This document shows, piece by piece, positions 34,501-43,050 of a stretch of 64,000 bases of DNA (its first letter is position 1; each line of letters begins with the position of its first letter). Source of the DNA: Macrostomum hystrix (Eukaryota > Animalia > Platyhelminthes); contig CATNEN010000029.1 of assembly GCA_950097015.1 (NCBI GenBank), positions 6,138,001-6,202,000 on the forward strand, written 5' to 3'. The position numbers and the translations under genes were made by a program. Under the pieces are notes generated by a model, which was not told where the DNA came from, did not search any database, and worked only from the letters and a program-made list of their open reading frames with translations.

Positions 34501-37500
34501 AGGTTGGTAGTTGAAGGAGTGAGGTTGGTGGTTGAAGGAGTGAGTTTGGTAGGTTGAAGGAGTGAGGTTGGTGGTTGAAGGAGTGAGTTTGGCGGTTAGA
34601 GGAGTGAATTTGGTGGTTAAAGGAGTGAGGTTGGTGGTTGAAGGAGTGAGGTTGGTGGTAGAAGGAGTGAATTTGGCGGTTAGAGGAGTGAGGTTGGTGG
34701 TTTAAGGAGTGAGTTTGGCGGTTAAAGGAGTGAGGTTGGTGGTTGAAGGAGTTTGAAGGAGGTTGATGGTTGAAGGAGTGAGGTTGGTGGTTGAAGGAGT
34801 GAGTTTGGCGGTTAGAGGAGTGAGTTTGGCGGTTAGAGAAGTGAATTTGGTGGTTAAAGGAGTGAGGTTGGTGGTTGAAGGAGTGAGGTTGGTGGTTAAA
34901 GGAGTGAATTTGGTGGTTAAAGGAGTGAATTTGGTGGTTAAAGGAGTGAGGTTAGTGGTTAAATGAGTGAATTTGGTGGTTAAAGGAGTGAGGTTGGTGA
35001 TTAAAGGAGTGAGGTTGGTGGTTAAAGGAGTGAGGTTGCTTGTTAACGGAGTGAGGTTGGTGGTTAAAGGAATGAGGTTGCTTGTTGAAGGAGTTTGGTT
35101 GGTCCATGGAGTGAGGTTGATTGATTAAAGAATGAAGTTGATGGTTGAGAGAATGGAGGCATTAAAATATATACTTCATATGAAATTAAAGTGCAGTTTA
35201 GCAATTTTTCGAAGTGTTGTAATTTGACAGCAGCATACGGCGAGTTGCTAAAAAACCTACCTCTAAGGTGATAATTGGAGCGGCTAGTTTTAAACACGGA
35301 AACGACATCGGCAACCAGCTGGGGGTTGTAGACCACCTGTAGGGCGTGGGTGCGCACATGAAGGCGATAATCGGCGTTCGTATCCAAGGGATTCAGTTCG
35401 TACAGCAGCTCAAATAGCTGGCGCTCCTTGGCTGCGCTCGAAGCTGCTGCAGCCGCAGCCGCGGACGCCTGCGGAGCTACCAACACCTGAAAAACATTGC
35501 CCGATTGGACGCGACGATCGCGAAGCAGCAGCGAGGCCACAGCCGTTGAGATGGCCAGCGATCGGTGCTTCGGTCGCGATTCGACACTCAAAGACAGTCG
35601 GCGACACTCTGCGGCTACAAGCGGAGAATCGGCTCGCTTCAAAGTCAAAGTGCAGGCGTCCAGCTGGAAGCTCAGCTTGATGAAAACCGGATCGCGCTTC
35701 ATCAGCGTGTCGCTATCCTGATCCAGACTGAATGCTTCAACGAGTTCGGCTTGCTCCTTGTCTGTCAGGTCCAGCTGCTGACCAGCTGTTGCCGCCGATA
35801 TTGGCGGCTGCACCAGCACCGGAGCAGTGGCTGACGAATCAGCGGATGTGGAGGCGTCATTTGTTGGTGAATCAGCGTCAGGGCTGCCAGCAGCTGGGGA
35901 CGCGGCTACGGCCGTGTCAGCAGCTACGGCGGCTGCGTCGGCTGGTGAATAGCCGCCAGCCCAGGTTAGCCAGCTGCCCCAGTAGCCCCAGGATGACCTA
36001 GTAGGTGAGGCGGCGGTAGCAGCCGCGGCAGCAGAGGCGGAGGTGGCACCCGGAGCCTGACCAGCCTGTCCGTCCTCTGCCGAACCGGCCTGAGCTGGCG
36101 GCCGGATGAGGCCGGCCAGCGGATCAACGCCGGTTCGTTCGATGCGGTCGCGTCTGGCCCGCACCGCCCGGTCCATGGCCAGCTCGCGGACCACCAGCAG
36201 CTCGCCGGTGCTCCAGACCGCCTCAGCGTTGGCTAAGAATTTCGCGGCCTAAATTACAAATTTGCGGTGCGGCTGAGTGCAGTGAAAAATGGGAGCAAAA
36301 CCGATTGCCGATAAGAAGACAGCTCACTAAACTCACCTCCGGACTGAGCTTGTCCTGCAGCAGCTTGCTCTGGTAGCAGCGGACGTACTGCACCAGCTCG
36401 CGGCACCTGTCCCGCAGCCGCGGCCAGCTCCAGTTCTCGCGTCTCTGTCGAATGTCGCGAAGATGCGCCTTGATGGCGAAGCGCCACCAAACGGCAGCGT
36501 TACCGGCCAGACGCACCGCTGGCCGGTATTTGCGATGCCGGCGGGATCTGGGAAGCGGATTTGGGGATTTCCGACCCTAGCAAGCTGACGCAGACCAGAA
36601 TCCCATAGTTCCCAAGCTGACACAGACCAGAATCCCATAGTTCCCAAGCTGACACAGACCAGAATCCCATAGTTTCCAAGCTGACACAGACCAGAATCCC
36701 ATAGTTCCCAAGCTGACACAGACCAGAATCCCATAGTTCCCAAGCTGGCACAGACCAGAATCCCATAGTTCCCAAGCTGGCACAGACCAGAATCCCATAG
36801 TTCCCAAGCTGACACAGACCAGAATCCCATAGTTCCCAAGCTGACACAGACCAGAATCCCATAGTTCCCAAGCTGACACAGACCAGAATCCCATAGTTCC
36901 CAAGCTGACACAGACCAGAATCCCATAGTTCCCAAGCTGACACAGACCAGAATCCCATAGTTCCCAAGCTGACACAGACCAGAATCCCATAGTTCCCAAG
37001 CTGACACAGACCAGAATCCCATAGTTCCCAAGCTGGCACAGACCAGAATCCCATAGTTCCCAAGCTGACACAGACCAGAATCCCATAGTTCCCAAGCTGG
37101 CACAGACCAGAATCCCATAGTTCCCAAGCTGACACAGACCAGAATCCCATAGTTCCCAAGCTGACACAGACCAGAATCCCATAGTTCCCAAGCTGACACA
37201 GACCAGAATCCCATAGTTCCCAAGCTGGCACAGACCAGAATCCCATAGTTTCCAAGCTGACACAGACCAGAATCCCATAGTTCCCAAGCTGGCACAGACC
37301 AGAATCCCATAGTTCCCAAGCTGACACAGACCAGAATCCCATAGTTTCCAAGCTGACACAGACCAGAATCCCATAGTTCCCAAGCTGGCACAGACCAGAA
37401 TCCCATAGTTCCCAAGCTGACACAGACCAGAATCCCATAGTTCCCAAGCTGGCACAGACCAGAATCCCATAGTTCCCAAGCTGACACAGACCAGAATCCC

Positions 37501-39377
37501 ATAGTTTCCAAGCTGACACAGACCAGAATCCCATAGTTTCCAAGCTGGCACAGACCAGAATCCCATAGTTCCCAAGCTGACACAGACCAGAATCCCATAG
37601 TTCCCAAGCTGGCACAGACCAGAATCCCATAGTTTCCAAGCTGACACAGACCAGAATCCCATAGTTCCCAAGCTGACACAGACCAGAATCCCATAGTTCC
37701 CAAGCTGGCACAGACCAGAATCCCATAGTTCCCAAGCTGACACAGACCAGAATCCCATAGTTTCCAAGCTGACACAGACCAGAATCCCATAGTTTCCAAG
37801 CTGACACAGACCAGAATCCCATAGTTTCCAAGCTGACACAGACCAGAATCCCATAGTTCCCAAGCTGACACAGACCAGAATCCCATAGTTCCCAAGCTGG
37901 CACAGACCAGAATCCCATAGTTCCCAAGCTGGCACAGACCAGAATCCCATAGTTCCCAAGCTGACACAGACCAGAATCCCACAGTTCCCAGTCAGTGAGC
38001 AGCCTCACCTGTGGAAGCGGTCCAGTTCATTGAGCAGCGCCACCAAGCAAGCGTACTGCTTATCGGCCAGGGTGAAAGCCAGCTCCTCCTGTTGCACGTC
38101 CAGCTGAATGCGCGGCGTCTGTCTTGAGCGCAGCGGCAGCGGAGTTGTGTAGCGCTTCAGGCGGGCAGCCAAGGATGTTGGCCGCAGCAGATAGTTGTGC
38201 CCGGCCTCTCTACCAGCTGCTAGAACTGCGGCGGCCGCTTCAATGCCAGCCTCCGGCGTCAGGCCGGCCAACAGTAGCGGCGTATCCAGATCCAAATAGA
38301 GGCACAGCTCCGACAAGTTCAACAATTTGTAGGCGATATCGCCAGATGCCGAGTTCGAGCTGCCGGCGTCTGAAGCAGTGGCTCTAGGCAGCCAGTTGGC
38401 ATCGGTGCTCTGGGCGCGCAGCTCCTTTAGGCTGATTCCGCACGCGAATGTTCGGCCATCTGGCAGCGTCTGAGCATCCTCGTAGCGAATGTGCACGTCG
38501 CGCACTATTAATTGAATGTTTTCAACAACGCTCATTGCTAGGCTGGCGCCATACGACAGCAGGCTGGAACCGTAGCCTCCGCCGCCTTCGGCATCATCGC
38601 TGGCCAGGCCCTGGCTCTTGATCCAACGGGCCTCCAAAGCCTGAAGCTGCTTTCGCTTGCGCTCCAGCTCGCTTAGCGTCTCTTTGCGCTCGTCGTACTG
38701 TGATTGGTTGGCGTGGGGAAGAGAAAAAAAGCGTTTGTGATCTGGGCTAAAGCATGGAAGCAGTGTCAACGACACTGAAGGACAGTCGGAAGTGACATAC
38801 AATGATAGACCCCTAAATAATGGGAAATGTATAAGTAATTTTCTTTACACTCAGGCCACTTACCTTTTTGTGAATAAGTGGCTTCGCAACGATGTACAGC
38901 TTCTCGATTGTAAATAACCATGGCTGGCTTCGTAGTTGAGTGTAGGGAATCTTCAATGATATCTTGCCAATGTAACCTAATATATTTAATGAGTAATTAC
39001 ATGACGCCTTAGAGTAGTAATAAAAATATGCTTGACATATGCATATACTTGATTCGAGAGACAGCTGAAACAAAATAGTTAGCAACACTATGTATTTACC
39101 TGACACAATCTCAACAGGTAGGTCAAAAATGTCTAATAGGGCATCTCTCTTCAATGGTAAATTCTCCAGAGTTACATCACCTACAAATGCAAAAGTGAGG
39201 TAAAATGACTATGAAAGGGTGTTTGGAAAAGTAAGAAATTAGCACATTTAAAATATCAAATGTAGCTGCAATGAGTTTACCTTGAAATACACCAAAAGAC
39301 ACCTTTTCACTATTGAAGTTTTCCACATATTTTCCAACATACTTTTGAAGGATATAACTAATTATACCTTCAAGCAT
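4582..39377 (-). CDS. VPS13D: Vacuolar protein sorting 13D (bridge-like lipid transfer protein), 29 coding exons, 3' end not in window. Exons: 39377-39281, 39180-39100, 38976-38864, 38697-38009, 36547-36337, 36248-35261, 34421-34330, 34244-33751, 32373-31874, 31573-31408, 31343-31078, 30431-30067, 29478-28864, 28370-26850, 26272-25733, 25493-24844, 24163-23773, 21959-21456, 20852-20528, 19875-19758, 19671-19592, 18471-17294, 16800-16519, 15296-14781, 14196-13597, 13091-12846, 9177-8366, 5803-5368, 4794-4582
   Basis: Chorein-N start MLEGIISYILQKYVGKYVENF...GDVTLENLPLK...GYIGKISLKIP, VENIQLIVRDVHIRYED, UBA-like QLGFDPADCRYALGETGGDIQLAA (D-paralog hallmark), YFNRDLSGWEPCIEPW, GEEHEAAR, PGRGRYRHT, PYRIDNRS, GKRSQLWRW, GSVDFLGNPIGL and GHGLIGGITSIITQPY. 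Exon lengths sum to 13089 nt = 4363 codons and every junction phase matches. A few acceptors have near alternatives (28382 vs 28370, 20861 vs 20852). Confidence 0.93.
4965..5348. repeat. 16-bp minisatellite (TAGATAACTGGGGATC), about 23 copies, VPS13D intron 28
   Basis: Period read directly from the sequence. Confidence 0.92.
5866..6095. repeat. 24-bp degenerate minisatellite (GGAATATTGTCGCATGGTTTTCCA), VPS13D intron 27
   Basis: Period read directly from the sequence. Confidence 0.8.
6112..8292. repeat. 23-bp minisatellite (CACTCACTGTTTCCCAAGCCTTA), about 95 copies, VPS13D intron 27
   Basis: Period read directly; contains a 690-bp higher-order duplication. Confidence 0.96.
9262..9695. repeat. 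17-bp minisatellite (CCATGAATTCAGTCACT), VPS13D intron 26
   Basis: Perfect core copies 9361-9540 with degenerate flanks. Confidence 0.9.
11068..11075 (+). promoter_or_regulatory. TATA box of H1
   Basis: TATAAATA about 110 nt upstream of the H1 ATG. Confidence 0.55.
11182..11898 (+). CDS. H1: Linker histone H1 (238 aa, intronless), nested antisense in VPS13D intron 26
   Basis: ATG at 11182. Globular domain [30 protein letters not shown]...[11 protein letters not shown], followed by a long K/A/P tail with SPKK/SPAK motifs. Confidence 0.95.
   Translation: [238 protein letters not shown]
11921..11926 (+). other. Candidate polyadenylation signal of H1
   Basis: AATAAA 23 nt after the H1 stop; no histone stem-loop visible. 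Confidence 0.45.
14230..14765. repeat. Degenerate A-rich repeat built on AAATTAACGGAA, VPS13D intron 24
   Basis: Recurrent TAACGG/TAAC motif at irregular 15-25 nt spacing. Confidence 0.6.
15935..16440. repeat. 16-bp minisatellite (AAACCCGAATCTTCAC), about 31 copies, VPS13D intron 23
   Basis: Period read directly from the sequence. Confidence 0.92.
16838..17270. repeat. 32-bp minisatellite (CTGACACACTGTAACACAGGACTGGGTGGCAG), about 13 copies, VPS13D intron 22
   Basis: Period read directly from the sequence. Confidence 0.93.
18530..19525. repeat. 16-bp minisatellite (CTTCAACTGTCACTCT), about 60 copies, VPS13D intron 21
   Basis: Period read directly from the sequence. Confidence 0.93.
19955..20463. 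repeat. 23-bp minisatellite (GAGGGTGTCAGGAGAAGCTGATT), about 22 copies, VPS13D intron 19
   Basis: Period read directly from the sequence. Confidence 0.93.
20918..21432. repeat. 24-bp minisatellite (GAAGGATGTGGTGGCAGTGGTTCT), about 21 copies, VPS13D intron 18
   Basis: Period read directly from the sequence. Confidence 0.93.
22020..23745. repeat. Compound minisatellite of 12-bp monomers (ATGAGCAACTGA / ATAAGCAGCCAC variants), VPS13D intron 17
   Basis: 12-bp monomers in varying order, with a roughly 0.5-kb block duplication. Confidence 0.93.
24200..24370 (-). mobile_element. SINE family 1, body/3' half of a split copy
   Basis: Reverse complement matches the family-1 body and the GGGCAGGTGTAATCAATTAT tail. 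Confidence 0.75.
24372..24681 (+). mobile_element. tRNA-derived SINE, family 2
   Basis: AGTGGCATAGCGGTTAACGCG head. Body CCAAGGCACAGTGAGAGTGTACACTGCCTGACGATGAG...GATGTACACACCTG...GTCAGCGAA...GCCTCCTC...GGGTCTA aligns by eye with the reverse complement of 60562-60838. Confidence 0.7.
24736..24824 (-). mobile_element. SINE family 1, tRNA-like head of the split copy
   Basis: Reverse complement GGGGTTGTAGCCTAGTGGTCAGAGCTTCGGACTCACGACTTGAGGGTCGAGGGTTCGATTTC...GTGTCCTT. Confidence 0.75.
25525..25720. repeat. Degenerate ~18-bp repeat (AGACAGGTGGACATTGTT), VPS13D intron 15
   Basis: Recurrent ACAGGTGG core. Confidence 0.65.
26290..26720. repeat. 23-bp minisatellite (ACAGGTGAATGCTGTCAATATGA), VPS13D intron 14
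   Basis: Perfect copies 26411-26690 with degenerate flanks. Confidence 0.9.
28429..28708 (+). mobile_element. SINE family 1, near full length (VPS13D intron 13)
   Basis: Head with A/B boxes, CAGTTCACCCAGCTGTTAAAT core, CAGTCCATGGAC, and tail GGGCAGGTGTAATCAATTATTAATT. Confidence 0.82.
29680..29965. repeat. C-rich CACCTCAC(T/C)CC minisatellite, VPS13D intron 12
   Basis: CCACCCACCTCACTCCTCTGACCACCACCTCACCCCTTGG units. Confidence 0.85.
30590..31045. repeat. 21-bp minisatellite (CATCCACCTCACTCCTCCGGT), VPS13D intron 11
   Basis: Period read directly from the sequence. Confidence 0.9.
31715..31825. repeat. Short 21-bp ACCTCACTCCTTCAATAGCCC array, VPS13D intron 9
   Basis: About 5 degenerate copies. 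Confidence 0.7.
32570..33715. repeat. Polypyrimidine 18-20-bp minisatellite (CTCTGTCTCTCCTTGTCCCT), VPS13D intron 8
   Basis: Almost pure C/T with periodic G. Confidence 0.94.
34440..35145. repeat. 21-bp minisatellite (GAAGGAGTGAGGTTGGTGGTT), VPS13D intron 6
   Basis: Period read directly; reverse complement carries the ACCTCACTCC core. Confidence 0.9.
36580..37990. repeat. 32-bp minisatellite (AGCTGACACAGACCAGAATCCCATAGTTCCCA), about 44 copies, VPS13D intron 4
   Basis: Near-perfect copies with two variable sites. Confidence 0.96.
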
Positions 39378-39905
39378 GACTTAATGGTAAGTTAAGGATA
39401 AAATTCTGAAATGTGAAAATTGAATGTTGGAAAAACATTAAAACACTGCATGATTAAAGTAATAAGGATATAATAATATAAAGATTTATTTCAAACAAAA
39501 TCTTTTTTCTTAGCTTAGTAGTCAGTAATCACGTTTTTATTAATCTTAAGCAGACAAACAATGAAAATAGACAATCTCGTAAACATATTTAAAGTTTAAA
39601 GGATACTTAGCTAGAATAAGTTCTTACTTAAGTTGCATACTGACTCATGTAACAAAGAATTTTTTGCACAAAGAAATGCCACAGTAATAAATGATAAAGT
39701 TACAAACAAGAAACTATTTATCAAAGTTAAGTTTCACCATTTATTACTTGCTATAAATGTTATAAACATTGACTAGCTAGCTATATATAAAATATTATAA
39801 ATAATAGGCCTATATCCACACTCAACAGCAATGCATATTAAAATATCTAACTTTAAGCAATACATTTGAAAACAAAGTATCAGTTCACCATACTTTGCTA
39901 TCAGT

Positions 39906-40216
39906 AATTAATTAATTTATAATTGATTACACCTGCCCTAATTGGGTCAGATGTGCAGCCGACAGCAAAGCTGCAGCTATTGCGCTGCGCATCTGAAGGC
40001 TGCGTATGGCTGTTCAGTCCATGGACTGGGGGGACGCCACACCCACCTTCAATTATCCCAGCTAATGCTGGTACCCATTTAACAGCTGGGTGAACTGAAG
40101 CAATGCAGAGTTAAGTGTCTTGCTAAAGGACACAAATTGCTTAAGTGGAGACGGGAATCGAACCCCCGACCTTCAAGTCGTGAGTCCGACGCCCTAACCA
40201 CTAGGCTACAACCTCT
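39906..40216 (-). mobile_element. SINE family 1, full length with 13-bp target-site duplication
   Basis: Complete head, core and tail; CTTTGCTATCAGT flanks both sides (39893-39905 and 40217-40229). Confidence 0.88.
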
Positions 40217-41458
40217 CTTTGCTATCAGTTACGCAGATAGTAGACCTATCTAATATTGTTTGTAACCCGCACACAAAACCTATACGTAAAAAAGCGTGCC
40301 TATTATCTTAAATAGAGTTAGGGCCTTTTCAATTTAAGAAAGACACGGCACACTATGGTAGCATCAAAGTGTCACAGTGCTTCTTTTATGTGTCGAAGAA
40401 AGTTATTTTTTTAAAAAGCTGGGTAAGTGTTTTACTGAAATAAACAGCAAACACATGATATTACTTTGAATAGGAGGTGATAGATTAATAATTCTGTAGC
40501 AATAAATTTTTTTTTAATTTTTATGCTTTTTAGCTAAAAGGAGTAATTTATGATGCCGGATTTGCTGCTGTTTGTTGCTAATTCATACACATTAGTAGTA
40601 TTTTTTACTGCTAAAATTTGTACGATTTTTAAGAACGTAATCACTAAATGTTTTAATTATCTACGGCGGCAAATAATTTTGGCCCGAACGAAAACTACAC
40701 TTTAGGTCTAGGGGTGCTACAACTTTTATTATGTTAAATGCACTGCAATTGAAAAAAATAGACTAAAACCGTTGCTTTTTGGCCAAGACCGTTTTTTAAC
40801 TGTAGCCCTGACAGTCTTACCTACATATTTTAGTTCCTTATAATTATTAAAAACGGCCAAAACCCCAGACATTGGTATTGATCTTAATGGCACGAAATAC
40901 TCATGCGTTGGCGTTTTCGAGCTCAGATAATTTTGTTATCGCTAAAAATCAGGGCAATCGGAAAAGCCTAACTATGTTGCATGTTTTAACATAAAGAGGC
41001 TTAACTTGCTTCGCATAAGCAAAGCACTGTTATTAGTTCGGCTGTTTATCCGATTCATTGTTTGTCGTTATTCATCATTGCATTCTCATAGTTCGCCTGC
41101 AGTTGTCTATTTGCAGCCGTAGTAGGTATCATGGGGACGTGGAACCTTTGATGCTGGGAAAAACTGCTGAAGCTTTCGAGACAGCATAGGTTGCTGTCGA
41201 GAGGATTCTAAAAGCTTAGTACGGGTAGCGTGACAGCTTAAAATATGCAAGGTGCCTTCTGCGAAAGCAACGAGCTGCGGTGCAGAGAACGAAGAAAGCG
41301 ATAAAAAATATTTCGAAACTTTAGTCGACACCACTGTGTCCACCCCTTCGGATTCCAAAGTAATTCCAACTGACCACACCCACATCTATATTCAGTTGGG
41401 ATGACTACCTAAATGCTAAATATTGTGTCTTACGATATAATAATAATTAATACTCGAA

Positions 41459-41567
41459 ATAATAATTGATTACACCTGCTCCAATTGAGCCAGATGTGCA
41501 GCAGACAGCACAGCCGCAGCTATCTGAAGGCTGCGTTTGGCTGTTCAGTCCATGGACTGGGGATGCC
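41459..41567 (-). mobile_element. SINE family 1, 5'-truncated copy
   Basis: Only the 3' ~110 nt are present (CCCCAGTCCATGGACTGAACAGCC...GGAGCAGGTGTAATCAATTATT). Confidence 0.72.
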
Positions 41568-42079
41568 TATAGCGCTTCAAGTTTTGATCTCTGCTTCGGT
41601 GTTTGTGTTTCCTATATGTTGTCTAGCGGTTTATTGCAGTCTAGATGTCTTGAAGGCTATAACTGCTAACGACTATCGACACTCAGTATACCAGCTGGCG
41701 GTTGCGATCTCTCTGGATCGTTATCTCAGATTCTGCTCAAGAAAGAACGCGAACACAATGAGTTTTCTAATAATTTTAACTTAACGGAGCTCCAGCGGTT
41801 TCTCTAACTAACTCGCGCGGCGGACCTTTTTTCGCGCTCCGCTCCGACATATATATCTTTAAAACCCCTCGATCCGAGGGGAGGCAATACCGTAGCAACA
41901 TTTCGCGAGAGGATTTATGCGGGTTGAGGTCGCAGCCTCTAGTCTATTACAGTCATTATCATTAGACTAGTTGGTTGGCCGGCACACCAACCCCTTTCCT
42001 ATGGAGGGTGGGTAAAAGTCTTAAAAACGCCTTAGTTAAGTTAGGATGCGTTCCCACTTCTACTGAGACCTCTTTACTA

Positions 42080-43050
42080 CTGTTCATTATCCCCTTTCCT
42101 TTCATTGATCCAGTCTTCTTGTGCGGTCCCGGCCTCCTCCAGATCTCGTTCCCGATCGGGTCCGGGCGGCTCCAGTTTCGGCTGGGTTGGGTCGATGCAG
42201 GCAGCTGCAGGTCGGGACAGGCCGAGTTGATTCCGGCAGCTCCACGTCAGCGCAGCTGCAGGTCCGGTCTCGGGCCGTTCCACGGCCCGGTCAGACTCCA
42301 GCGTGACTGTCAGCGTGGTGGTCCTTCCTTGGCCTCGTCAGAGACGCTCAGTCGGCTGCTGCAGTAGGGTAAGCGCCAGGGGTTTTGCTCCCCTCTGCCA
42401 CAGCTGCGGAGGCAGTGGCCGACAAGCATCAGCTTGCTTCGCTGGAGGGTGGCGCTGAGCCTAGGCACACGGGCTCGCGCCATCAGCAGGTCCGTCGGCA
42501 GCCGCTCTCTGGGTAGTGGATGCCAAGGGCGAACCACAGCAGCGATCGATAGGGAGCGTGCAGGGCTCGAGACATCGATTCAGAAGACATCGGCATTGCC
42601 TCCAGTCCGACGTAAGGAAGATTGGCTCTACCGCAGCTCTGAGGAATTGCGCCGTACGCCACGCCTGCGACCTCCGGTCAGCGACGTGAGGACGGGCCAG
42701 AAGAGAATTAATAGTCAGACCTCACGCAGTTGGGACGGATATTGATCACTCCACGCAGTCGAGACCTGAGGGACGATGGGCACAAGATCCAGTCCATTGG
42801 GGCCGAAGAAGGTCGGCAGCTTGTTTTACCGCTGCCACATGACATCATTGGTTTCAATCAGGTCTTGAGACAGGCTGAAAAGTGGAAAGAAAGTCCGAGT
42901 TGGTGTTGGAGGAGCCGCAGTTGTTCTTCACCAGATGGCCGTAAAGGAACAGCGGCGCGTTGTAGTCTCCTGGTGGACTTCAGTCTCGGTAGGGTCGTAG
43001 CTGTCCGAGGGGCTGTGGAGGCGTAGACGCAGATTTTGTAAAAGCGCCTG
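42080..43050 (-). mobile_element. Decayed non-LTR retrotransposon, C-terminal part of RT ORF (RTE-like)
   Basis: Across frameshifts the minus strand reads FLRAAVEPIFL/GLEAMPMSSESMSRALHAPYRSLLWFALGIHYPE/RLPTDLLMARARVPRLSATLQRSKLMLVGHCLR/LLQPTERLRRGQGRTTTL, matching the typical post-RT LINE pattern LFRAxVExxLLYGxE...RLxLxGHCxR...RGRP. Confidence 0.65.

Noticed and set aside
36333-38008. Three 460-549 aa ORFs (MGFWSVSAWELWDSGLCQLG...)
   Set aside because: Translations of the 32-bp array cycling through frames; they lie in VPS13D intron 4.
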